Virus record (IMG/VR): IMGVR_UViG_3300036964_000424
Location: 36,290 to 100,289 of that record
DNA: 64,000 nt
Source of the DNA: a virus
Taxonomy: Duplodnaviria; Caudoviricetes
Reading direction: 5' to 3' (one strand)
Shown: one piece after another, positions 47,894 through 56,042 of the stretch
Numbering within the stretch: the stretch's first letter is position 1
Layout: every line of letters begins with the position of its first letter
Notes under the pieces: model-generated
The model's input: the letters and a program-made list of their open reading frames with translations, nothing else
Databases searched by the model: none
Told to the model about the DNA's origin: nothing
Made by a program: the position numbers and the translations under genes

Positions 47894-48924
47894 CTTCCAA
47901 GCAGCGATATCTCAAATATTCTGCTTCCTGAACTACCAGAACATAAAATATTCAAAGGATAATCTAAATACATGCCATTATTATCAACTTTAAATGTATT
48001 CCCATCAATTACCGCAAAATCATAATATTGGGACGGCACGTTATTATCATATACTGTAAAAATAAAGCTACCTGAAGAGATGCTACTTCCGCTATAATAA
48101 TGGACATCAAATATTTCACTTTCCCCTTCTAATATATTCCCATCGCTAGGGGTAATCACTATATTATTTATAGCAGAAGAACTACCAGAAGTAGTATAAA
48201 GATACCTATCCGCAATCCCATTTATTAGATCATCTACGCTTTCATTAACATAATCTATTTCCATTTTTAATTCTAATAATCTGGAGCTATTATTATCATA
48301 AGTATCAGCATTTAAATAATTTCTTATGCCACCTCCAACAATTCTATAAGCAATCCAATTCGATGTGTTCCCGAAAATAAAACGCCGGTTTTCCGTTATT
48401 GTATTGGTTCTATCATTTTGTTGCGCATAAACTTTTATTTTTCCATTCGGCAAGACTAAATCATCAGAAGATACGTTATTATCCACACCTGTTACTTCAT
48501 ATTCTATGGCACAAGGCTCATAATAAATTGTAGAACCAGAAACAGACATCCATCTTAAAACATTATTGCATCTACGCACTGTCAAGGAGCTAGTTAATGT
48601 TTTTATATTTTCGAGATTCCATCCAATCCATATATTATTAGAAAATCTATACTTTTTCCCGACAAAAACAGTATGATTGATATCAGGGAATAAAATTCTT
48701 TTGAAATCATCTCCTAACATTGTTTGTGTAAGAACATCTAACGCCGACGTTATCCGCACTTTAATAAATTTAAAAAGTTCACTTCCAAAAGTTACTTCTT
48801 CTTCTATATTATATATATCAGAACTAACTTCGAATAAATCTGTAACTGCTGCTTGAAAATGCTCAATCAATATCGAGGAGGCGCTCAAGTTACTGTCGGG
48901 TTCAGGATAATATTTATACCCCAT
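47887..48924 (-). CDS. Putative head closure/stopper protein with Ig-like C-terminus
   Basis: DDFKRILF, RRCNN.LRW, N...DD..NGIAD; position in the neck module. Confidence 0.6.
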   Translation of the reverse strand: MGYKYYPEPDSNLSASSILIEHFQAAVTDLFEVSSDIYNIEEEVTFGSELFKFIKVRITSALDVLTQTMLGDDFKRILFPDINHTVFVGKKYRFSNNIWIGWNLENIKTLTSSLTVRRCNNVLRWMSVSGSTIYYEPCAIEYEVTGVDNNVSSDDLVLPNGKIKVYAQQNDRTNTITENRRFIFGNTSNWIAYRIVGGGIRNYLNADTYDNNSSRLLELKMEIDYVNESVDDLINGIADRYLYTTSGSSSAINNIVITPSDGNILEGESEIFDVHYYSGSSISSGSFIFTVYDNNVPSQYYDFAVIDGNTFKVDNNGMYLDYPLNILCSGSSGSRIFEISLLGRW

Positions 48925-48942
48925 TTATATAGCCTCCTTTCA

Positions 48943-49419
48943 CTAAACAGTAGAATCAAATACTTGATTATACCAGTTTTTAAAATTATTCCTTTTATAC
49001 GCATAATTTATTAAAGCTTGGCTTATCTCTTCCTGAAGTGAGGAATAGTATTCTTGCTTTGCTTTCAAATTCTGCGCGGCAGAAAATGTTTTAAAATCCC
49101 TATCGCTTATAACATTAGAAATTTGTACTAGATCCTTGATTGTCTTCTCAAGCCAATATTTTGTCATTATTAGTGACAACATAATTTTATTGGGCAAATT
49201 CAAGTCTTCTGTAAAATAGCCAACACTACTTCCAGAACTTTGCACATATTCTAAAGATTGATCTGCGTATTCGGAAAATTCATTAATTGCAAATAGCAAC
49301 CATGGTTCAATATATACACTTAAGACAGAAGATCCTGAAGTAGAATAAATTACATCAAGCTTATGATCTCTTATTCGTGACAAAAATAAATCAGCTATTT
49401 CAGTACTTTGTGTAGGCAA
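48943..49419 (-). CDS. Putative head-tail adaptor
   Basis: T...EI.DLFL..I.D..L, F..DL....ILS..M..YWL, DFK..S.A.NL; TTG start after AGGAGG (track start 49473). Confidence 0.6.
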   Translation of the reverse strand: MPTQSTEIADLFLSRIRDHKLDVIYSTSGSSVLSVYIEPWLLFAINEFSEYADQSLEYVQSSGSSVGYFTEDLNLPNKIMLSLIMTKYWLEKTIKDLVQISNVISDRDFKTFSAAQNLKAKQEYYSSLQEEISQALINYAYKRNNFKNWYNQVFDSTV

Positions 49420-49443
49420 ATTCCCCTCCTTTCTATTGTTATT

Positions 49444-49483
49444 ATAGCAAAGAATACCACAGTAACGTGGCATCCTTTGCTAT
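49444..49483 (-). terminator. Hairpin/terminator directly downstream of the head-module glycosyltransferase
   Basis: ATAGCAAAG-AATACCAC..GTGGCATC-CTTTGCTAT, with G-U pairs on the - strand. Confidence 0.55.
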
Positions 49484-49487
49484 TATA

Positions 49488-50561
49488 TTAATATCTATAA
49501 GGCTTTTCTATTAATTTTTGATATAAGTCAATACGTTCTTGAACATGTAAATCAATATCTTGGGTTAGCGCAAATTTAAAGCCAACATCTTCAGCCTTTT
49601 CCCTATATAATGCAATATTATCTATTACTTCCGAAATAGCATCTTCCCAATTTTCTTTGCCATTTTCTGTAAATTTTCCGTACTCTGCAAGATGATTATA
49701 ATTGGGATAATTGGATGCTATAAAAGGAACACGCAATGCCAAGCATTCTAAAGGCTTGATTTGGCTTCTCCTTTTATCATATTCTCCCGCTAATGGTATT
49801 GTGCATATATCAAGACTTTTTATAAGGGCAGGGTATTGTTCTGATGGCACGAATGCACAAAACATTTTTTTCTTATTAGAAATATCTAATTCATCATATA
49901 TTTTTTTATCCCCAGTAATAAGGATTTTCACATTTGGATATTTCCTGCATATCTTCCTATAAGCCATCATAATCCCAGACCATTCAAAAGAATAACGGTG
50001 CGATAAGCTGCCAGTCCATCCAATCCAAATTTCATCTTTGGAATGCGGGAATAAAGGCTGTGTTACATTTCTATATCGATCCATTGCTAAATGATTATGA
50101 ATTAGGTAAGTATCATTCCACTCAGCCCAATCATCACAAAGAGCTTGTGATACAGTTTGCAATCCTTTTGACATATGAACGCCCCATTCCAATTGAACTT
50201 TAGGGGGAGGGTTAATTTTAATGGTAGATACTTCTCCAGATATATCTTGATGCTTTATTTCTCCAAATTCCCAGAAACTATAAGCCGGATTGTCTTTATT
50301 CAATTTTCTATATGCATCATCGAATATTACGCCTATTGCTTTGCCTCTTACTTTCCAATACATCATCATAGTCAAAGTATCACTGAATAAATTTCTTTCA
50401 ACCATGATTATATCTGCATCTTTGCAAAGTTGCTGAACCTCGGGCGTATTTTTTATGAAGTCGTTTACATGAATGCATTTAGAAGTATGAACACCCGTTT
50501 TATTAATAGCTACAGAAGGATTTATGCAGTTGTGAAAACTGCAATTAAATTCTTGCGGCAT
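49488..50561 (-). CDS. GT-B fold (GT4-like) glycosyltransferase inside the head-neck module
   Basis: IFDD, TVSQAL, IGWTGS.SH, Y...I..LDI...PL...YD..RS.IK.LE..A..VP.IAS; likely start at ATT/ATC 50591/50588. Confidence 0.85.
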   Translation of the reverse strand: MPQEFNCSFHNCINPSVAINKTGVHTSKCIHVNDFIKNTPEVQQLCKDADIIMVERNLFSDTLTMMMYWKVRGKAIGVIFDDAYRKLNKDNPAYSFWEFGEIKHQDISGEVSTIKINPPPKVQLEWGVHMSKGLQTVSQALCDDWAEWNDTYLIHNHLAMDRYRNVTQPLFPHSKDEIWIGWTGSLSHRYSFEWSGIMMAYRKICRKYPNVKILITGDKKIYDELDISNKKKMFCAFVPSEQYPALIKSLDICTIPLAGEYDKRRSQIKPLECLALRVPFIASNYPNYNHLAEYGKFTENGKENWEDAISEVIDNIALYREKAEDVGFKFALTQDIDLHVQERIDLYQKLIEKPYRY

Positions 50562-50603
50562 ATCGGCATATACATAAAGTACAAAGATAATATACCTCCT
50601 ATT

Positions 50604-51329
50604 TTAGCTCTGGTTGCCATTTGCTTCAGCAAGCAATACTTCTTTTGCTTCTATTCTAGCTTTAGCTTTTTCAAGTATATTGACTCCACTTACTCTCGAT
50701 ATCTTATCAACTATATTGTAATCAATTTCCTCTTTCCCAACTATTTTTTTTATAATAAGATCTATGATTACATTCTGTTGCTTCGGATTTGCTCTTTGGA
50801 ATAAATCGATCGCTTCACTATCATTATTCAAAATCATTTCGATTTCTTCTTTTCTAAGAATCCTTTTATAAGTTTCTGGTTTATATGCTAGTGCCGCGAC
50901 CCGATCATCTAAAATATAATAATATCCCGCTTGTAAAAAATTTCTATGTTCATTGTTTATTTCAACTAGATCCATATATAAGATATCTTGAATTTCCCCA
51001 AACTCTTCGAATGTATAAATTTTCCCTTCACCGTGACCTTTTGTAGACAAGTTTAACTTATTATCTACTAAGCTCATAACTTTTATATATTCATTGGGTT
51101 GAATATTGCTTGTAAGATTAGGCGACTTAACCTCTTGCGGCGATATAGACACTCCGGATTTAGATTGCGCTTTTATGCTATCTAATTCTTTTCTTAATTC
51201 TTCAACCAATTTAGACAATTCTTCAACTTTTGTCAAATTATCTGATGCCAAGTTTTCTTTTTCTGCGGATTCCACAGATGCCTTACGTTTAGAAACGACC
51301 TTGCCTAAAGACTCGGATTTTTCTTCCAT
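50604..51329 (-). CDS. Conserved post-capsid protein
   Basis: N-terminal coiled coil, I.V.SL....LNL.T, Y.F..FG....I.Y.DL; follows the major capsid gene. Confidence 0.6.
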   Translation of the reverse strand: MEEKSESLGKVVSKRKASVESAEKENLASDNLTKVEELSKLVEELRKELDSIKAQSKSGVSISPQEVKSPNLTSNIQPNEYIKVMSLVDNKLNLSTKGHGEGKIYTFEEFGEIQDILYMDLVEINNEHRNFLQAGYYYILDDRVAALAYKPETYKRILRKEEIEMILNNDSEAIDLFQRANPKQQNVIIDLIIKKIVGKEEIDYNIVDKISRVSGVNILEKAKARIEAKEVLLAEANGNQS

Positions 51330-51376
51330 TTTTCTCCTCGCGCTATAGCGCTGTTTTTAATGTAACTATTCAATCT

Positions 51377-51417
51377 TGGGAACTACCACTCGGATAAAGC
51401 CAAGGTGGTAGCTCCCA
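51377..51417 (-). promoter_or_regulatory. Second stem-loop in the post-capsid intergenic region
   Basis: TGGGAACTACCAC..GTGGTAGCTCCCA 13-bp stem. Confidence 0.5.
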
Positions 51418-51440
51418 CCCATTATATAATTTAGCAAGAA

Positions 51441-51473
51441 CAAGATAGTAGGCTATTAAAACCTACTATCTTG
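51441..51473 (-). terminator. Terminator after the major capsid gene
   Basis: CAAGATAGTAGG-9 nt-CCTACTATCTTG followed by TTCTT on the - strand. Confidence 0.7.
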
Positions 51474-51487
51474 ATCAATATTATAGA

Positions 51488-52621
51488 TTATAGCGTAATA
51501 AGTGCTCCGACTGCACTAGTGTGCACGCCGATTTTCCAGAATTTTGTAAGCGTACTGGTCTGAACAAGATTAGCATTAGCATAAACATCTGAAGTATTTG
51601 ACATCATCGTCCCGCCAATAACACATTTGACAATCTTATCTGTGCTAGGGGCAATAATCCACAAATAATTATCATTTATAATCGTGCCAAAGGGCGTTTC
51701 CCAATTCGCAACTTGCGGAATTTCAAGTGTCTCAAGCCCAGCTATCTCTCGAACATAACCTAGTCTAACAAACGGGCTTTCAATATCATAACGATAATTG
51801 CTGCCGCTTGGAACCACTTTTGATAGGGCAACTTTAGTTCCTAGTAAAATAGGTTTTGCTCCGCCACTAAATGCCTGAACTCTTGCGGCCAATTGCATCA
51901 TAGATTCCATTGAATAGCCAGTAACCTTTAAAGCAGTTGCCGAGCCACTTGCGGGATTGGTTTCCAAGGCTGACATTCCTGCAGCAAAGGCGTTATAAAT
52001 ATCTTTGTACATTTCGGTTTCAATTGATCGCAAGCATTTAGTAACAAATACACCCAATGATTCTTGACCAGCCAAAACACGTAACAATGATACATAAGTT
52101 GAAACCATATGCGCTTCAGGATTTACAGTTACCTGCCGTTCGAATCCTTTATGCAGCTCAGCTTCTCGCATTCCTAGTTTTCCGCTCTTTGTAACGGGGA
52201 ACAAATCACGAGACCGAATATCAAAAATAGCCGTTTCGCCCCATCCAACAGTACGAACTTCGCAGAAAGCAGAAGTTCCATCAATGATTGTTTGCGGTAA
52301 GACTGCATCAATTAGCTGTGTCTCAATATTCCCAATTGCCCAACTAACCATGGGATGCGTAGCCATTCTTTCAGGAGGCATAGATGTAACATCAATGCCA
52401 GACAATTTAGATACTTCTTTAAGAATAAGTTTTCCTATAGCATCTTCTTTTTGCGCAAATGAAATCGGATTGCCATTTCTATCGGTAGTAGCATAGGGAT
52501 ATTTTTTCGTCCCTGTTTCTGACCGATAATGGTTCCAGAAATCAACAAAATTTTCAAATAAACTTAATGATTCTTCATCTCTACAAAAAGAGATAACACT
52601 TTTTGGTAATCTATTAGTCAT
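51488..52621 (-). CDS. Major capsid protein
   Basis: 377 aa; ID..LP, F.EVR.V.WGE...F, G...AL.KV; follows protease and decoration genes, strong RBS, terminator downstream. Confidence 0.8.
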   Translation of the reverse strand: MTNRLPKSVISFCRDEESLSLFENFVDFWNHYRSETGTKKYPYATTDRNGNPISFAQKEDAIGKLILKEVSKLSGIDVTSMPPERMATHPMVSWAIGNIETQLIDAVLPQTIIDGTSAFCEVRTVGWGETAIFDIRSRDLFPVTKSGKLGMREAELHKGFERQVTVNPEAHMVSTYVSLLRVLAGQESLGVFVTKCLRSIETEMYKDIYNAFAAGMSALETNPASGSATALKVTGYSMESMMQLAARVQAFSGGAKPILLGTKVALSKVVPSGSNYRYDIESPFVRLGYVREIAGLETLEIPQVANWETPFGTIINDNYLWIIAPSTDKIVKCVIGGTMMSNTSDVYANANLVQTSTLTKFWKIGVHTSAVGALITL

Positions 52622-52685
52622 ATTTTATTTTCTCCTTTTTTTTCTATTATAATTAAATTATTAGCCAAGTTAAAACATGACCAAG

Positions 52686-53228
52686 TTAAGCTTTATAAGC
52701 TTGGCATTCGAAAGCGGTTAATCTTCCCACTCCAATTTCACTGCCACTAGCGCAAGGAATATAGGTTGTCTTGATATATTTCAGACATTCCCCTGTAGAA
52801 GGAGCAGAAGCCCATTTCCATTTATAATTGCCGGCAGGATCCGGAACAGCATAAGCCTGAGGAGTTGCAGAATCAAATGCTTCTGCAGTCAAAGTAATAA
52901 TATCAACATTTGGCTCAAGTCTGAATGCTGTAAAGACTTTACAAGCTGAAGTATAGAAATCCTGAATATTTCCTAAACCACTATAAATATTGTCGCCGGC
53001 CGTTGCAAAAGATATTTCCGGTTCACAAGCCATCCACAATCGTGTTTGACTTGCACTGGAAGGCGCAGTACACAACCAAACCTCTCCTTCTCCAGTAACC
53101 CCAGTTTTTTGATCCAAGACAAAGATATTGCCATTGTCAATAGGGGATGCACTAATTGCAGGGCGAAGCCGTGCGTCAACATTTTTAGCTTCGACTTTAT
53201 TAAGTATTAAAACTGCATGTTTTGCCAT
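52686..53228 (-). CDS. Head decoration/cement protein
   Basis: IDNG..F.L......EGEVW, F.....K...AF.L...DI; lies between protease and capsid. Confidence 0.6.
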   Translation of the reverse strand: MAKHAVLILNKVEAKNVDARLRPAISASPIDNGNIFVLDQKTGVTGEGEVWLCTAPSSASQTRLWMACEPEISFATAGDNIYSGLGNIQDFYTSACKVFTAFRLEPNVDIITLTAEAFDSATPQAYAVPDPAGNYKWKWASAPSTGECLKYIKTTYIPCASGSEIGVGRLTAFECQAYKA

Positions 53229-53279
53229 ATTTTATTTCTCCTTTTATTTAAATAATAATTTCTATTAGCTTTATTTATA

Positions 53280-55079
53280 TTAAAGCCATCCATTTTCAAT
53301 GCTATTTTCTTTTCTAGATCCATTTATCCAAGAAATAGCAATTCTATTGATACCATCCGATGGTTTATTGTCTTTAGTATATGAAAATGCCAAAGCTTTT
53401 ACTTTGTTTTTCCAAATATCTACATTATCAAGACTAAAGTTTTTGCTATCTTCTCTGCATTCAACAATTTTATCTTTCGGCATTGTATCAGATATTTCGT
53501 TTAATGTTGATTCAACTTCAAATTCAAATTGCTTTCCTTCTATCTCCGATTTAAACTTTTTTAATTCGGTGTTCTCCGCTAAATATGCCGTTTTATCTTC
53601 TTCATATTCTTTAGACATTTTACATAGCTTTTCGTAAAGCATAGATGATAATTTAGCATAATCAATATTCCCAGACTTATGCCCTTCAACAAGATTTTTA
53701 TAATCTTCTGTTTCAGCTTCGAGAATTTTTAACATTGCCGCTACATCCAAATTGCCATCTAGCGACATTTCAATATTGGTTTCTTCTCCTACTTCTTCTT
53801 CGCGTTCTTCAGGAGATTCTTCTTCTCTGCTTTCGTCTTCAGCGATTTCTTCCTCATTCAAATTCTCGTCTTTTAATAATTCTTCTTCATTGCTCACAAA
53901 TTTTCCCTCCTTTTCAGATAAACTTATTTCCTCAGCATCTTCAGCGTTTTTAGTTGAATCCGGCTTTTCTTTTTCAACCCATCTGCCATTTTTTACCTTA
54001 TGGCGAGACTTCCAATTACTTATAGCAATCGCCCAACCATTCTTTTTCTCATCTGTTCCTATAGCATCAGCTTGCGCGGCAATAGCATTCGCTTGATCTA
54101 AAGTGAGCGGCGGCTTGATTCCCTTTAATGCCGGATTAATATCCTTGAGCGATTTATATGGGAAAGTTAGAATATTATCATCTTTTTTGAAATAAGTAGT
54201 TAGCTTATTTTCGGCTTCAATTATAGATTTATACATATCTCTACTCCATTTAGCACCGGCTTGCCCGCCATAAAAGCCACTAACAAATTCATCGGAAGCG
54301 GATTTACGATTAAAAAATTTAGCCATTAGCTTAATTTTTTCAGGGGTAATTTTTTCATTATTGATAAGAAATCTAGCCATAGCTAAAGATACACTTGTAA
54401 CATTATTGCCTTTTTCTTTATAAGCATCTAATGCACGTCGCGCTTCTTCCTTTACTTTTTGTGGGATTGTAAAATCAATGCCATAATATTTATTGGAAAA
54501 TTCTAATTCTAATATTTTTAGATAATCTTCTTTATCTTGCCTTGAAAAAGATAATAATTCTGCATGGGCACCTTCTATCGCCGGTCTTACAAATTTTCCC
54601 AAGACTGTTATACATTGGTAGCAATAGCTAATAATTTCTGGAACACCATATTCAGATACATCCCGTTTGTCTAAAACTTCTATTTCAACACTAACACCCT
54701 TTGATTTATCTCTTTTAAAAACATCCATCATTCTACCCGAATAACGTGTCCAGAGCTTCCCTATAACACTGCACATAACTCGACCATCACTCAATTTTCT
54801 AAATTCAATTGGGCTATCTTTAGGAATAAATCCCACTGCGACTTCATCATCCCCATGGGATTTAGCATCATCTTCATTCTTATTATATATCCATACAATA
54901 GGTTTCTCAAGAAGGGTTTTAGCTGATTCTCGCAATGCATTTTCACTGATATATAGGGAATGGCTATTATTACCACTAGCAAATGCGTCTATTTTTAAAG
55001 TGGCGAACTGAGATTTATTACTTTCTTCAAGCAATTCAATATTCTCAACTGCAAAACTTAGTTTCTCATTCAAATTCAA
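53280..55079 (-). CDS. Prohead protease/scaffold protein with inserted domains
   Basis: G.N.H...I, KPIV, D...H, G.LW.RY, VSVEI.V, ITVLG..V.PA...A; acidic coiled-coil scaffold C-terminus. Confidence 0.75.
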   Translation of the reverse strand: MNLNEKLSFAVENIELLEESNKSQFATLKIDAFASGNNSHSLYISENALRESAKTLLEKPIVWIYNKNEDDAKSHGDDEVAVGFIPKDSPIEFRKLSDGRVMCSVIGKLWTRYSGRMMDVFKRDKSKGVSVEIEVLDKRDVSEYGVPEIISYCYQCITVLGKFVRPAIEGAHAELLSFSRQDKEDYLKILELEFSNKYYGIDFTIPQKVKEEARRALDAYKEKGNNVTSVSLAMARFLINNEKITPEKIKLMAKFFNRKSASDEFVSGFYGGQAGAKWSRDMYKSIIEAENKLTTYFKKDDNILTFPYKSLKDINPALKGIKPPLTLDQANAIAAQADAIGTDEKKNGWAIAISNWKSRHKVKNGRWVEKEKPDSTKNAEDAEEISLSEKEGKFVSNEEELLKDENLNEEEIAEDESREEESPEEREEEVGEETNIEMSLDGNLDVAAMLKILEAETEDYKNLVEGHKSGNIDYAKLSSMLYEKLCKMSKEYEEDKTAYLAENTELKKFKSEIEGKQFEFEVESTLNEISDTMPKDKIVECREDSKNFSLDNVDIWKNKVKALAFSYTKDNKPSDGINRIAISWINGSRKENSIENGWL

Positions 55080-55121
55080 ACCTCCTTTCTAAAAGATATG
55101 CCCACATATCTTCTAAAATTC

Positions 55122-55322
55122 TCATACTATATTATTTCGCATTAATAATTTTACCCAAATGGGGGCTGATTCCAATACTTCTTTAAACAATTCAGTATCT
55201 GCAAAATAATAAGTATTCCCCTGCTTGGATAGCAAGGGGATATTTCTATCTAAAAAATATTTAGCTGTTATTTTGTTGCACTTAACTTTATTGCTTATTT
55301 TTTCTGGATTGATAATATACAT
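55122..55322 (-). CDS. Hypothetical protein
   Basis: 66-aa ORF coupled to the ferritin stop; IPLLS....YYF..T. Confidence 0.6.
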   Translation of the reverse strand: MYIINPEKISNKVKCNKITAKYFLDRNIPLLSKQGNTYYFADTELFKEVLESAPIWVKLLMRNNIV

Positions 55323-55325
55323 ATT

Positions 55326-55802
55326 TTAATCTCCAAATTCGGCATCAAACAAAACAAGATCTTTAACCATTTTTATTCTAACTGAAAATCTCAGCGAAGT
55401 ATCTTCTTCTTCGCGCTGTTCATCTAACATTTTCAGCAAAAATGGTAAATCAATATATGATTTTTCATCTAATGCCAGTTCATATAAAGCTTCAATGCTT
55501 TCTGTAGTCTGTTGCTCAAGCCATACATAAAGATCCGCAATAGCATTAATATCTGTATCGGTAATCATGGGAGAATTTACTTCGCCTATATCTACTTTGC
55601 CTCCATTACGATCATTCAAATGATCCATAAATAGATTAGCATGATCATATTCATCTGAAGCTTGTTCTTTAAAAAATTTAGCTAAATTTTTTAATTGCAT
55701 ATCTTCAAAAATACTTGCTATTTGCATATACGCATTTTGATTTTGCAATTCTAACATTATTTGCTGATTAATAGCATCATTCAAATTTTGTGATAATTTC
55801 AT
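55326..55802 (-). CDS. Ferritin (non-haem, FtnA-type)
   Basis: L.DAIN.QI..E....AY, FF..Q..DE..HA, E...T..I..LY.LA..EK, FL.....EQ.EEE. Confidence 0.88.
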   Translation of the reverse strand: MKLSQNLNDAINQQIMLELQNQNAYMQIASIFEDMQLKNLAKFFKEQASDEYDHANLFMDHLNDRNGGKVDIGEVNSPMITDTDINAIADLYVWLEQQTTESIEALYELALDEKSYIDLPFLLKMLDEQREEEDTSLRFSVRIKMVKDLVLFDAEFGD

Positions 55803-55969
55803 TATATCATATCCTCCCTTTGTTTTTGGGTTATTTTCTTTTCATCTCTTGCTTTTGCAAGTTTTACAATAAGTTCTGCCTGAAACTCAGCTTCAGCTAT
55901 TTCTTCAGGCGTAAATATTTCAGCTTGTACTTTTTCCCATGGAATTGTGAGCTCTGTTTCTGATCTCAT
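55802..55969 (-). pseudogene. Truncated XRE/HigA-type antitoxin N-terminal fragment
   Basis: WEKV..EIFTPEEIAE.....ELI..L.KAR.EK.ITQK, ending before the HTH recognition helix. Confidence 0.6.
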
Positions 55970-56042
55970 TGTTCTTCTCTCTCTCGTCAAAATCTCTTAA
56001 CTTATCCTTTCTAAATACATATCGCACCGTTGTATTATATTT

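Noticed and set aside
51330-51480. tRNA or riboswitch in the long post-capsid intergenic region
   Set aside because: Only two simple hairpins; no cloverleaf, T-loop or known aptamer consensus. No tRNA was recognised anywhere in the window
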